Made by a program: the position numbers and the translations under genes. Below, piece by piece: positions 56,466-64,000 of a stretch of 64,000 nucleotides of DNA. Numbering within the stretch: position 1 is the first letter of the stretch; each line of letters begins with the position of its first letter. The notes beneath the pieces were generated by a model. It saw only the letters and a list, made by a program, of their open reading frames with translations. It searched no databases and had not been told where the DNA came from. The DNA is from a virus. The stretch lies in IMG/VR virus record IMGVR_UViG_3300023719_000001, positions 1 through 64,000 of that record, one strand, 5' to 3'.

Positions 56466-56813
56466 TTAAATCTCCTTAATCACCAATGCGTATTCACCGA
56501 TTCGGTTTACAAACTCTCTGCCGTATGTCTTGTACAGTTCATACATACAGTCCAAATCACCTCCACGAAACACTCCAACAATTTCAATTCCCTGATTGTA
56601 AAGCAGTTTTGCCAAGCGAGTCGCCACATAATGCGAATCCTTATTTGTTGCAGCCAAATAAAGATCATCCATTTCTTCTGTAATAACATCGCTCGCATCA
56701 ATAGCTTCAATAAACTCACCATCACTGTCGTAAAATTTTAAATATTCTTCTTCGTTGCAGTTATTTGCTTTAAAGAGCCCATAGTCATTTTCGATTTCAA
56801 GTTTGATTTTCAT
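56466..56813 (-). CDS. hypothetical acidic protein
   Basis: 115-aa ORF. Confidence 0.35.
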   Translation of the reverse strand: MKIKLEIENDYGLFKANNCNEEEYLKFYDSDGEFIEAIDASDVITEEMDDLYLAATNKDSHYVATRLAKLLYNQGIEIVGVFRGGDLDCMYELYKTYGREFVNRIGEYALVIKEI

Positions 56814-56824
56814 TTTAATTCTCC

Positions 56825-57058
56825 TTACTCAAAATCCCACCATGCGTTAATAGACGTATTCGGAACATAAACCTCAAGCATATGATGGCCGTCACGAATC
56901 CATTCAGGCTCATAGCCTTCATCTCGCAACTCTTTCATCAGGCTTTCGAAATCATTATTAACAGACTCTACCGCATCTTCCATCGTTTTGTGTTCTACAC
57001 GGTAAGGACCATTACACATCGTATCGTCATAGCAAACAATGACTGCTTTGTTCTTCAT
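56825..57058 (-). CDS. hypothetical protein
   Basis: 77-aa ORF. Confidence 0.35.
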   Translation of the reverse strand: MKNKAVIVCYDDTMCNGPYRVEHKTMEDAVESVNNDFESLMKELRDEGYEPEWIRDGHHMLEVYVPNTSINAWWDFE

Positions 57059-57070
57059 ATTTATTTCTCC

Positions 57071-57376
57071 TTAAAAACATGTTCCATCCGAATATTCAAA
57101 ATCGATATACCATACTTCGTTTGTGTACAATTCATCTGGTTCACCAGTTGTAAAACTCATTCCAAGAATATCAAGAACACTTACAAATTTCCGCCATGTT
57201 TCTTCATTATCAAACAATAGCATATCTCCGTCCGTTGAAATGTTTCCTGACATACACCCATCGCCATCAGCTCTTTCTACAAAAGAAATAAGAGCGTCTT
57301 GTAAATCGTAAGCATACTCGTCAATACTTTTTTCACAGCTTTTCATTTTTAAAACCTCGATTTTATTTAATTTCAA
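57071..57376 (-). CDS. hypothetical acidic protein
   Basis: 101-aa ORF. Confidence 0.35.
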   Translation of the reverse strand: MKLNKIEVLKMKSCEKSIDEYAYDLQDALISFVERADGDGCMSGNISTDGDMLLFDNEETWRKFVSVLDILGMSFTTGEPDELYTNEVWYIDFEYSDGTCF

Positions 57377-57680
57377 TATTCATTTTGCTAAATAAATATT
57401 TAGCAGATTCTTCAATCGCATCAATAGACCAAACATTAGGATTACACACACCAAGAATTTTATCGCCAGAAGCATTGTAACGTGCATCACAAAAATGCCA
57501 CCAGCTATTATCGCCAGCATCATATTCATAATAAACATCCACATCAATTTCAGGGTGACCATCTACATGATATTTAATCTGATCTTTATCATTAAATGTA
57601 TCCGGTTTGTATCCACGTCCATTCCATCCAGAAGGATTCATTTTAGAAAGAAAATCTCTTGCAATCTCACGTGCCGTCAT
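57363..57680 (-). CDS. hypothetical protein
   Basis: 105-aa ORF. Confidence 0.35.
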   Translation of the reverse strand: MTAREIARDFLSKMNPSGWNGRGYKPDTFNDKDQIKYHVDGHPEIDVDVYYEYDAGDNSWWHFCDARYNASGDKILGVCNPNVWSIDAIEESAKYLFSKMNIEIK

Positions 57681-57870
57681 AAGTTAATGCCCCCAAAATA
57701 AAAGCTTTTTCTGAATCAAAAGGTTTTAGTAACTCACATTTGTTGGTTTCTTCATTAAAAATACCAACTGTCACACCTTCTCTTAACCAATATGAAAGTG
57801 TATCAAGAGCTTCCTTAACTTCGTCCACTGAATGATCCCATCCGCAATTTTGGATAATCATAACTCTCAC
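57667..57870 (-). CDS. hypothetical protein
   Basis: 67-aa ORF. Confidence 0.3.
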   Translation of the reverse strand: MRVMIIQNCGWDHSVDEVKEALDTLSYWLREGVTVGIFNEETNKCELLKPFDSEKAFILGALTYDGT

Positions 57871-57885
57871 TCCCTTAATTCCTCA

Positions 57886-58104
57886 TTATATTATTATCTT
57901 ATCCTCACCAAGCGTTTCGGTTTCATACGTTGCATAGACAAGCTCTGTCGGCTTGCTGTAACACATTTTCATCCAGTTAAGTTCTGCGTTACGCAGCTCT
58001 TTTGTAGGATAGACTTCATGCCCTCTATATGTATCGCCGTACATAAAGTGTCTGACAGAGTATTCAAGATGGTAATACATTATTTTTCTCTCAGCTCCTC
58101 GCAC
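57886..58104 (-). CDS. hypothetical protein
   Basis: 72-aa ORF. Confidence 0.3.
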   Translation of the reverse strand: MRGAERKIMYYHLEYSVRHFMYGDTYRGHEVYPTKELRNAELNWMKMCYSKPTELVYATYETETLGEDKIII

Positions 58105-58277
58105 ACTTTAGCAATGATAGCAAGACCATTACGACGAAAATCAGCATTGTAAGGATTTTGTGCCATAATATCTAGCGAATGCAACAAATTTTCTAAATCA
58201 AGGTTATACTCAACACCTGCTACATCGCAAAGCGTCTCCGTCATTTGTTTAATGTCATATTTTATAGTAATTCTCAT
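58080..58277 (-). CDS. hypothetical protein
   Basis: 65-aa ORF. Confidence 0.3.
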   Translation of the reverse strand: MRITIKYDIKQMTETLCDVAGVEYNLDLENLLHSLDIMAQNPYNADFRRNGLAIIAKVCEELREK

Positions 58278-58292
58278 AATAAAACTCTCCTT

Positions 58293-58487
58293 TTATTTTC
58301 TTATATAGCCGCAAACTTCTTCATGAAAATCAGGGTCTTCGTCCTCGATAGCGTCTGTTGCTCCCCAATAATCACACCAGTTTACAGCACTTTCGGATTG
58401 ATTGTCGGCAATACTCATCGCTTCATCTTTACTATCCGCTTCGACATAAATATATCCAGTTTTAACCACAGTAACTTCGTATTTCAT
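58293..58487 (-). CDS. hypothetical acidic protein
   Basis: 64-aa ORF. Confidence 0.3.
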   Translation of the reverse strand: MKYEVTVVKTGYIYVEADSKDEAMSIADNQSESAVNWCDYWGATDAIEDEDPDFHEEVCGYIRK

Positions 58488-58582
58488 AATTACACCTCAC
58501 TAAGATCTGCATCTTCCAGCACTTCATTACCATGCGAGGATGGGGCGGTTTCGGTGGACGGGTCGTCAGCCCAATCTCGGCC

Positions 58583-58822
58583 TTAAGAATTGGAATATCC
58601 TTTTCCGATTAATGCGAAGTAATGCCAACAAAATTCTTCATCAGCTTTAAGAAGGCGAACCTTGACCCCGAATTGGTGCATACCGCTGAAGCGTCTATCG
58701 CAAGCCCATTTATGAATTGCGATTTCTTTAGCTTCTTTGGCGGTTTCTGCTTCAACATGGATTATCCAACTTTGCTCACCACCTTTCTTTGTATAAAAAC
58801 AAACTTCATAATACTTACTCAT
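58583..58822 (-). CDS. hypothetical protein
   Basis: 79-aa ORF. Confidence 0.3.
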   Translation of the reverse strand: MSKYYEVCFYTKKGGEQSWIIHVEAETAKEAKEIAIHKWACDRRFSGMHQFGVKVRLLKADEEFCWHYFALIGKGYSNS

Positions 58823-58868
58823 ATCTCATATACCTCTTTCGGTGCCTTATTCGCTTTTGTCGTGTCCT

Positions 58869-59210
58869 TTAAAACACCATATTAAAATTTGCATTAAAAA
58901 GAATCTCATTGCCATATTCAACAAGAGTATCCTTGAACCACTTTTCGTTCTTCTGCCACCACAGTTCAGCCTGCTTCGGAGTCAACACAATTCCTTTCTG
59001 TTTTGCTGCTTCGATAACATCATCAGTACACCAACGAGTTTCTGCGAACCAGTATTTATCTACGCCGCAATCCTTTTCCTGTTCATCCTCAACGTAATTT
59101 GGACAAAAATCAGTGTAGAAATCAACATCAAAAAGTGTGATGGTCATGTAGTCGCCACTTAGTTCACGCTCAACATCCGCAACCTCCTCTCTAAGATATA
59201 ACTCAGACAT
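58869..59210 (-). CDS. hypothetical protein with an FDVDFYTxFCPN domain (paralog of 63687..63992)
   Basis: 113 aa; shares ITLFDVDFYTDFCPNYVEDE with the last gene of the window. Confidence 0.4.
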   Translation of the reverse strand: MSELYLREEVADVERELSGDYMTITLFDVDFYTDFCPNYVEDEQEKDCGVDKYWFAETRWCTDDVIEAAKQKGIVLTPKQAELWWQKNEKWFKDTLVEYGNEILFNANFNMVF

Positions 59211-59395
59211 GATTCCATCATCGTGTCTCTTAATCCACTCTTCTGTTACATTGAATTTCTTTGCTAACTCGTCAACTTCAAATACCTATGTACCGTAGTT
59301 CGTATTCTCTGTACCATACTTCACCATATAGTCAGCAATCTGACGTTCCATCATGTTGTCATCCATGATATTTTCCTCCTAAAATTCAACATTTA

Positions 59396-60334
59396 TCAAA
59401 AGCGCCAGCTAGTTGTAACAACCTTTTTTGCTTCGCCTTCTTCGTATTTGTTATTTTTAATAGCTTCTTCTAAACCATTACCTGCATTGTAGGCCATACC
59501 ATTTTGAACAAGATCATCTCCAAGAAAACCACCACAAGAATCAATTTCAACCCAATTGGATTCGGCGCTTTCTTCGACATCATCTTCTACAAAACCATCC
59601 TGTTCATAAAGCGTATACCCATACACTTCACCAGTCAGATAGTTGTTATACGCCTCAACGTCAAGTTCCATATTTTTTTCAGCAATAGCTTTATTCTTTT
59701 CGTTAAAGTCAGAAAGAACAGTAACAATCCATCCAGCGCAACTTGAATCAAACGTATCATTGTAAGGATATGTCCGATCTCCGCAGCTCATCGTGATTAC
59801 GCTGTGTTCGTAAATCCAAAGAGGAAGCCAAACCACTTTCTTTTCAAGCAATTTCATACAATCACGAATGGAAAAATCTCCTCTTGAATACTGAACAAGA
59901 TCATCATAAAACAGATTTCTCCAAGAATATTCTTCTTCATTTGGAATCCAATCGTTTGACTCAAAATCATTGACGCAAATTGCCCAATAATCATTATCGT
60001 CATCCTGGTCGTGATATTGAACTGCACATGTATCAAATAACTTTTTGTTTACAAGTGCATCAAGAACTTCCTTGTCGTCGCAATACTTCCAAACAAGGTT
60101 ATTCCAAAAACTTTCCGGTGTATCTGCTTCAATAAAGTCTCCAAGTTTATAATTCCCATAAAAGCAAGCCATAATAGAATCATGGTCATAATCACGAGGG
60201 TTACACTCTTCGCCATTGTCTGCCCAAATATGTAAACAATAATTTATATCGTTGTCTGTCCATTTTATGGTTTCATTATCATAGCAATATAACATATTTA
60301 AAATCTCCCTTTTATCAATCCTTTTAATGCACAA
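59396..60334 (-). CDS. hypothetical highly acidic protein (312 aa)
   Basis: long ORF; very Asp/Glu-, Trp- and Tyr-rich composition. Confidence 0.45.
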   Translation of the reverse strand: MCIKRIDKREILNMLYCYDNETIKWTDNDINYCLHIWADNGEECNPRDYDHDSIMACFYGNYKLGDFIEADTPESFWNNLVWKYCDDKEVLDALVNKKLFDTCAVQYHDQDDDNDYWAICVNDFESNDWIPNEEEYSWRNLFYDDLVQYSRGDFSIRDCMKLLEKKVVWLPLWIYEHSVITMSCGDRTYPYNDTFDSSCAGWIVTVLSDFNEKNKAIAEKNMELDVEAYNNYLTGEVYGYTLYEQDGFVEDDVEESAESNWVEIDSCGGFLGDDLVQNGMAYNAGNGLEEAIKNNKYEEGEAKKVVTTSWRF

Positions 60335-60518
60335 AAATTGTAATCATACCTTCGCAATCTGCCGTAAAGAACGACACTTCGTACCGACTGGCTTCTGAAA
60401 TTGAAATCTGGTCACGTTTACAATAATCTTTGATTTTTTGCTCCTTGTAGTCATCCCAAAGAGCTACGCTTGTGCCATCAGTGACCAAAGAAAGAAATGT
60501 AAGTAAATTCATATCCAT
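60324..60518 (-). CDS. hypothetical protein
   Basis: 64-aa ORF. Confidence 0.3.
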   Translation of the reverse strand: MDMNLLTFLSLVTDGTSVALWDDYKEQKIKDYCKRDQISISEASRYEVSFFTADCEGMITIFVH

Positions 60519-60525
60519 TCACCTC

Positions 60526-60798
60526 TTATGCGCTTGCCTTTTCTTCAAATGTGTACCAATCAGACCAAATCTTATCGACCTCGCCATTCTTAAAACCATT
60601 CTTATAATCGGTAAACTCAACATAATAGTTGCTTGTCCACTCATTCAGGCAGTGTTCATAGATAGCTGCGACTCCACGCTTTGTTTCAACGACAAAACTA
60701 TCAATTAGAACACCCTCAACATAAGCACCAGTGTATTGTGCTTTATTCTGGTGCATCCAACGGCCAAGAGCACCTGCATTAAGATAAAACCGAGTCAT
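60526..60798 (-). CDS. hypothetical protein
   Basis: 90-aa ORF. Confidence 0.35.
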   Translation of the reverse strand: MTRFYLNAGALGRWMHQNKAQYTGAYVEGVLIDSFVVETKRGVAAIYEHCLNEWTSNYYVEFTDYKNGFKNGEVDKIWSDWYTFEEKASA

Positions 60799-60801
60799 AA
60801 T

Positions 60802-61068
60802 TCATTCTCCTCTTTCCATTCCGTCGCAACTTCCAACAATTCTATCAATCATTTCCATATACTCTCCGAATGTTTTGCATTTCACTTCCACTCCAAAACA
60901 AGCTGCATAAACAACCAAAGAGTCATTACTTGCCACATAATTACATTCGTGCCACCAGTCATAAAGCATGGAATCAACACTGCCAGAAATAACTCTACTG
61001 TTGCCATTATCATCCTTAACAATTACTACACAGTCGTCCAGAACGTCATTAAAAAGCAACATATTCAT
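60802..61068 (-). CDS. hypothetical protein
   Basis: 88-aa ORF. Confidence 0.35.
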   Translation of the reverse strand: MNMLLFNDVLDDCVVIVKDDNGNSRVISGSVDSMLYDWWHECNYVASNDSLVVYAACFGVEVKCKTFGEYMEMIDRIVGSCDGMERGE

Positions 61069-61080
61069 TCTCCTTTACTC

Positions 61081-61338
61081 TTACTCTGCAATCATCATAG
61101 CGAGAACTGGTTCACCGGAATCTTTCAGCTGAAGTTCCAGAATGCCGCCGTCATCCACAATCTCACACTTGCTTAGATAATCCTGAAGAAAGAACATCTG
61201 ACATTCCTGCCAAAAGATTTCTTTCGGATCTTCGTCCTCATCTACGAATACATTCTTATGATGAAAAGATTCATTCCAAACCCAACCAACACCATCAAAA
61301 CAAGCGTGAAGTTCCCTCAGATCCCACATAATCATCAC
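61081..61338 (-). CDS. MWDL-family small protein, divergent copy 5
   Basis: begins (MMI)MWDLRELH; tandem with four closer paralogs. Confidence 0.4.
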   Translation of the reverse strand: MMIMWDLRELHACFDGVGWVWNESFHHKNVFVDEDEDPKEIFWQECQMFFLQDYLSKCEIVDDGGILELQLKDSGEPVLAMMIAE

Positions 61339-61558
61339 TCCTTAAAACTCCAGTTTTTCTTAGTTCTTTCACGAGCACTTCCTCGATATCCTCTTTTTCA
61401 TTTTCTGAAACGTTAAGATGATAAAAAACACGAATTGAATTGTACAACCGCTTACACACATACATAACATCGAAATAGTATTTATCATTCGTGTTGAACA
61501 TCAAAGCGTGGCCAGTACCATCTTCTTTATGGTAATTGTTTTCAATTAAATCCCACAT
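61295..61558 (-). CDS. MWDL-family small protein, copy 4
   Basis: MWDLIENNYHKEDGTGHAL...; paralog alignment. Confidence 0.45.
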   Translation of the reverse strand: MWDLIENNYHKEDGTGHALMFNTNDKYYFDVMYVCKRLYNSIRVFYHLNVSENEKEDIEEVLVKELRKTGVLRSDDYVGSEGTSRLF

Positions 61559-61561
61559 AAT

Positions 61562-61783
61562 TTAAACTCCGTAATTCTTATTCAAATCTTCAAAAAGAAG
61601 GTCTCGAATTTCATCCATATGATCTTCGTCAATTTCATACGGCTTATAAATCATAATGCAGTAGTCCATAACAAGATACATAACCGAATATCCATACGAG
61701 TTTCCATCATCTTCTTTATATCTAAACTCTGCACAGCCAAATTTGTGATCTTCTGCATATTCGTTTGCAATTAAAACCCACAT
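61562..61783 (-). CDS. MWDL-family small protein, copy 3
   Basis: MWVLIANEYAEDHKFGCAEF... Confidence 0.45.
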   Translation of the reverse strand: MWVLIANEYAEDHKFGCAEFRYKEDDGNSYGYSVMYLVMDYCIMIYKPYEIDEDHMDEIRDLLFEDLNKNYGV

Positions 61784-61785
61784 AA

Positions 61786-62022
61786 TCAGTCCTCCCCAAA
61801 AATATGACGCTTGCTAAGGTCATCATAAATAATATCCTCAATTTTATTTTTGGTATTATCATCGAGTTCTCCGTAAGGAGCATCATCAAGATAATAGAAG
61901 TAAATTTCATTTCCAAGGTTCTTGTACATGACACTTACATAAAACCCAGCTGAAATTCCATTCAGTAAAGCATATCCAATACCGTACACTTCTGAATAAT
62001 TGTTACCCATTAAATCCCACAT
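61786..62022 (-). CDS. MWDL-family small protein, copy 2
   Basis: MWDLMGNNYSEVYGIGYAL... Confidence 0.45.
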   Translation of the reverse strand: MWDLMGNNYSEVYGIGYALLNGISAGFYVSVMYKNLGNEIYFYYLDDAPYGELDDNTKNKIEDIIYDDLSKRHIFGED

Positions 62023-62024
62023 AG

Positions 62025-62255
62025 TTAGTCCTCAAAAGTTTTAGAACGTCTTAAAATAATAATTTCTTTCATTTCTTCTTTATCTCTTGCGGTAGCAAAA
62101 GTGATAGAGAAAGAATACTCTGGATAATAAAAAGAAACACAAAAATCAAACACTACATACATGATTGTAAGGTAATGACCTGTTTGTTTGTTCTTGAATT
62201 TTGCTCTTCCGATTTTATATTCTTCAGAGTATCTATCTTCAATTAAATCCCACAT
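62025..62255 (-). CDS. MWDL-family small protein, copy 1
   Basis: MWDLIEDRYSEEYKIGRAKF...; 2-3 nt intergenic gaps along the array. Confidence 0.45.
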   Translation of the reverse strand: MWDLIEDRYSEEYKIGRAKFKNKQTGHYLTIMYVVFDFCVSFYYPEYSFSITFATARDKEEMKEIIILRRSKTFED

Positions 62256-62259
62256 TTTA

Positions 62260-62772
62260 TCACCTCAAAATCTCCTTGAGCATCTTTACCATACCTTCGT
62301 AATCTTTATCATCGGCACCCAGCATACGAACCGTCATATCAAAATCAACTGTCTGACAATCACTGAAATCGTATTGTTCAATATCATTACTACAAGTGTC
62401 AGGGTAATGTTCTTCGAGCCGGTCTTTCGTACCACAGTCACAGAAGGTTCCAGAATAATAATCACTGGCCGACTCACCTGTTTTCATGTACACACGGATA
62501 CCATCTGTGACAATCACTTTAGCGAACCGCTTCATATCTTCTGGCGTAAAGGTCTTATCCATAACATCATACGAATAGACCATGTAACAAGTTTTATCAG
62601 GCTCATAAATATCCTGTTCCTTATCTGCACCAAACGCTCTAGCGTATCCACCAGCCCATCCACCACAAAACACAAGAATTTCTTTTCCCGCTTCGATAGC
62701 TGCCATATATTCCTCTTCAGGAATCGCTACAATTCTTCCGTTAGGAAAAATAAAACCTTCAAATTCTCTCAT
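62260..62772 (-). CDS. hypothetical protein
   Basis: 170-aa ORF. Confidence 0.4.
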   Translation of the reverse strand: MREFEGFIFPNGRIVAIPEEEYMAAIEAGKEILVFCGGWAGGYARAFGADKEQDIYEPDKTCYMVYSYDVMDKTFTPEDMKRFAKVIVTDGIRVYMKTGESASDYYSGTFCDCGTKDRLEEHYPDTCSNDIEQYDFSDCQTVDFDMTVRMLGADDKDYEGMVKMLKEILR

Positions 62773-62776
62773 TTTA

Positions 62777-62986
62777 TCACTCCTCTGCGTCTTTTACCGT
62801 AACACTATCAATGTCCGTCGGATTCGGATTATCTGGTTCAATCTCACCGGCAACAAATCTATCTTTCGCAATTTCATAAGCATCATCTTTGTTGTCTGCT
62901 TCTACAAACGTTGTGTAAGTAACGCTTGTTTCAATAGTAACGTAATAGCCGTTCATTTTACACACTCCCAACATTCTTGAATCCAT
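62777..62986 (-). CDS. hypothetical protein
   Basis: 69-aa ORF. Confidence 0.3.
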   Translation of the reverse strand: MDSRMLGVCKMNGYYVTIETSVTYTTFVEADNKDDAYEIAKDRFVAGEIEPDNPNPTDIDSVTVKDAEE

Positions 62987-63143
62987 AAAGGCTATAACCT
63001 TTATATTTGAAATATCGCATTGCTTTATTGATTTGAGAAGAACTTGCCGTTGAATGACTTTTCAGGTATGTATTTTTATATTCACACAGCTTTTTATACT
63101 CGTCACTTTCACGATGGGCTTTTAGCTTTTCACAAATGGTCAT
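62958..63143 (-). CDS. hypothetical protein
   Basis: 61-aa ORF. Confidence 0.25.
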   Translation of the reverse strand: MTICEKLKAHRESDEYKKLCEYKNTYLKSHSTASSSQINKAMRYFKYKGYSLYGFKNVGSV

Positions 63144-63187
63144 GACAGCCTGGATAACGCTCCGGTGCCACGCAGTAACGGCAAGGA

Positions 63188-63508
63188 TCAGTCATCGTCA
63201 TTCTCCTTTTTACCAACGCTGTCAAACATTTCTCTGATACAGTTAATCCACACGTTGTTTTCCGGCATATTGCAATCAAAATTATCTTGAAAACGTTCTA
63301 CTAATTCCTCAGCATATTCAATAGCTTCATCATAAGAATAGCCGTATTCTCCTTCAATCCAATCCTCATGAAGTTCGAGTTGATTTTTAGCATCAGCAAG
63401 GCGATACTGATATTCTCTATAACGATATGCCGCTTCAATCTGTTCAGGTGTCATCTCCCAAGACTTACCATCCCAGCTAGTCACAACAATCTTGTTTTCG
63501 TTTCTCAT
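63188..63508 (-). CDS. hypothetical acidic protein
   Basis: 106-aa ORF. Confidence 0.35.
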   Translation of the reverse strand: MRNENKIVVTSWDGKSWEMTPEQIEAAYRYREYQYRLADAKNQLELHEDWIEGEYGYSYDEAIEYAEELVERFQDNFDCNMPENNVWINCIREMFDSVGKKENDDD

Positions 63509-63690
63509 ACTACAAACTCCTTTTCTTTTGTAAACTTAATCACCAGCGCATTTACGTTGGCTGCTTCCATTGTTGATTGTTTTGCATCCTCATGATTCCC
63601 TGCTCTGAGGAATGAAACGCTCTGATCCATCAACTTACGCCGATAGGAAGAAAGAGCTGCGAGAACGATATTCTTTTCAATGTTGGTCAT
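63505..63690 (-). CDS. hypothetical protein
   Basis: 61-aa ORF, stop/start overlap. Confidence 0.3.
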   Translation of the reverse strand: MTNIEKNIVLAALSSYRRKLMDQSVSFLRAGNHEDAKQSTMEAANVNALVIKFTKEKEFVV

Positions 63691-63992
63691 ACAATCTCAC
63701 TCCAATCTTTATCCTCTACATTGGGACAAAATTTTGTATAAAAATCAACGTCAAAAGTTTTCACATAAAAATCAGAGCCTTCTTGTAGAGTACATTCCAC
63801 GTCAGCAACCGATTCGTGTTCATAAAGTGAATCAAAAATCTCTCCACAATAGGCCGCAACAAACATTTTGCTTACGTTAAATTCTTTTTTGATTTCGTCA
63901 ATATGAAAAATCCAATTGCCTTCTGTAGTATTTTTTGTACCTTCTTTGACCATCCATTCGGCAATCTGCTTCACAACTTTGCTTTCGTCCAT
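63687..63992 (-). CDS. hypothetical protein with an FDVDFYTxFCPN domain (paralog of 58869..59210)
   Basis: 101 aa; KTFDVDFYTKFCPNVEDKDW. Confidence 0.4.
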   Translation of the reverse strand: MDESKVVKQIAEWMVKEGTKNTTEGNWIFHIDEIKKEFNVSKMFVAAYCGEIFDSLYEHESVADVECTLQEGSDFYVKTFDVDFYTKFCPNVEDKDWSEIV

Positions 63993-64000
63993 TTTATCAC

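Noticed and set aside
1-64000. CRISPR arrays, reverse transcriptases/retrons/DGRs, virion structural or terminase genes
   Set aside because: No regularly spaced repeats, RT motifs (YxDD) or recognisable capsid, portal or terminase signatures were seen in any large ORF.

Overview
AT-rich, densely packed, almost entirely minus-strand coding window that reads as the integration, early and replication region of a large temperate phage or prophage. Integrase and excisionase sit at the left edge, and no structural or packaging genes were identified (many small ORFs remain unassigned). The host is probably an anaerobic Firmicutes-type bacterium, judging from AGGAGG ribosome-binding sites, NrdDG, ThyX and an SleB-family lysin. 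Recognisable content includes a nucleotide-metabolism block (FolD, dUTPase, NrdG, NrdD, ThyX) and a full replisome (DnaE-type Pol III alpha, DnaB-like helicase, primase, RecD-like helicase, RecJ/DHH nuclease, ATP-dependent ligase, Sak4-like ATPase and a putative SSB). There are three DNA methyltransferases, two SPFH/flotillin membrane proteins each preceded by a micropeptide and bracketing nrdD, and a 7-tRNA array. An Rnl2-like RNA ligase is broken by one in-frame TGA. There is also a solo MazF-like toxin, two further tyrosine recombinases, an antirepressor, a Lar-like anti-restriction candidate, and a tandem array of five 'MWDL' paralogs. Most unusual are three items. First, a GC-richer accessory island (~38.5–46.4 kb) holding a circularly permuted, frameshifted C5-methyltransferase. 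Second, a G6 tract immediately upstream of the GTG start of a Dam-like gene. Third, a conserved ~21-bp motif (TAGCTATAYAATACAGGATAC) repeated at least 7 times in intergenic regions in both orientations. All calls rest on motif recognition by eye; no database searches were run.
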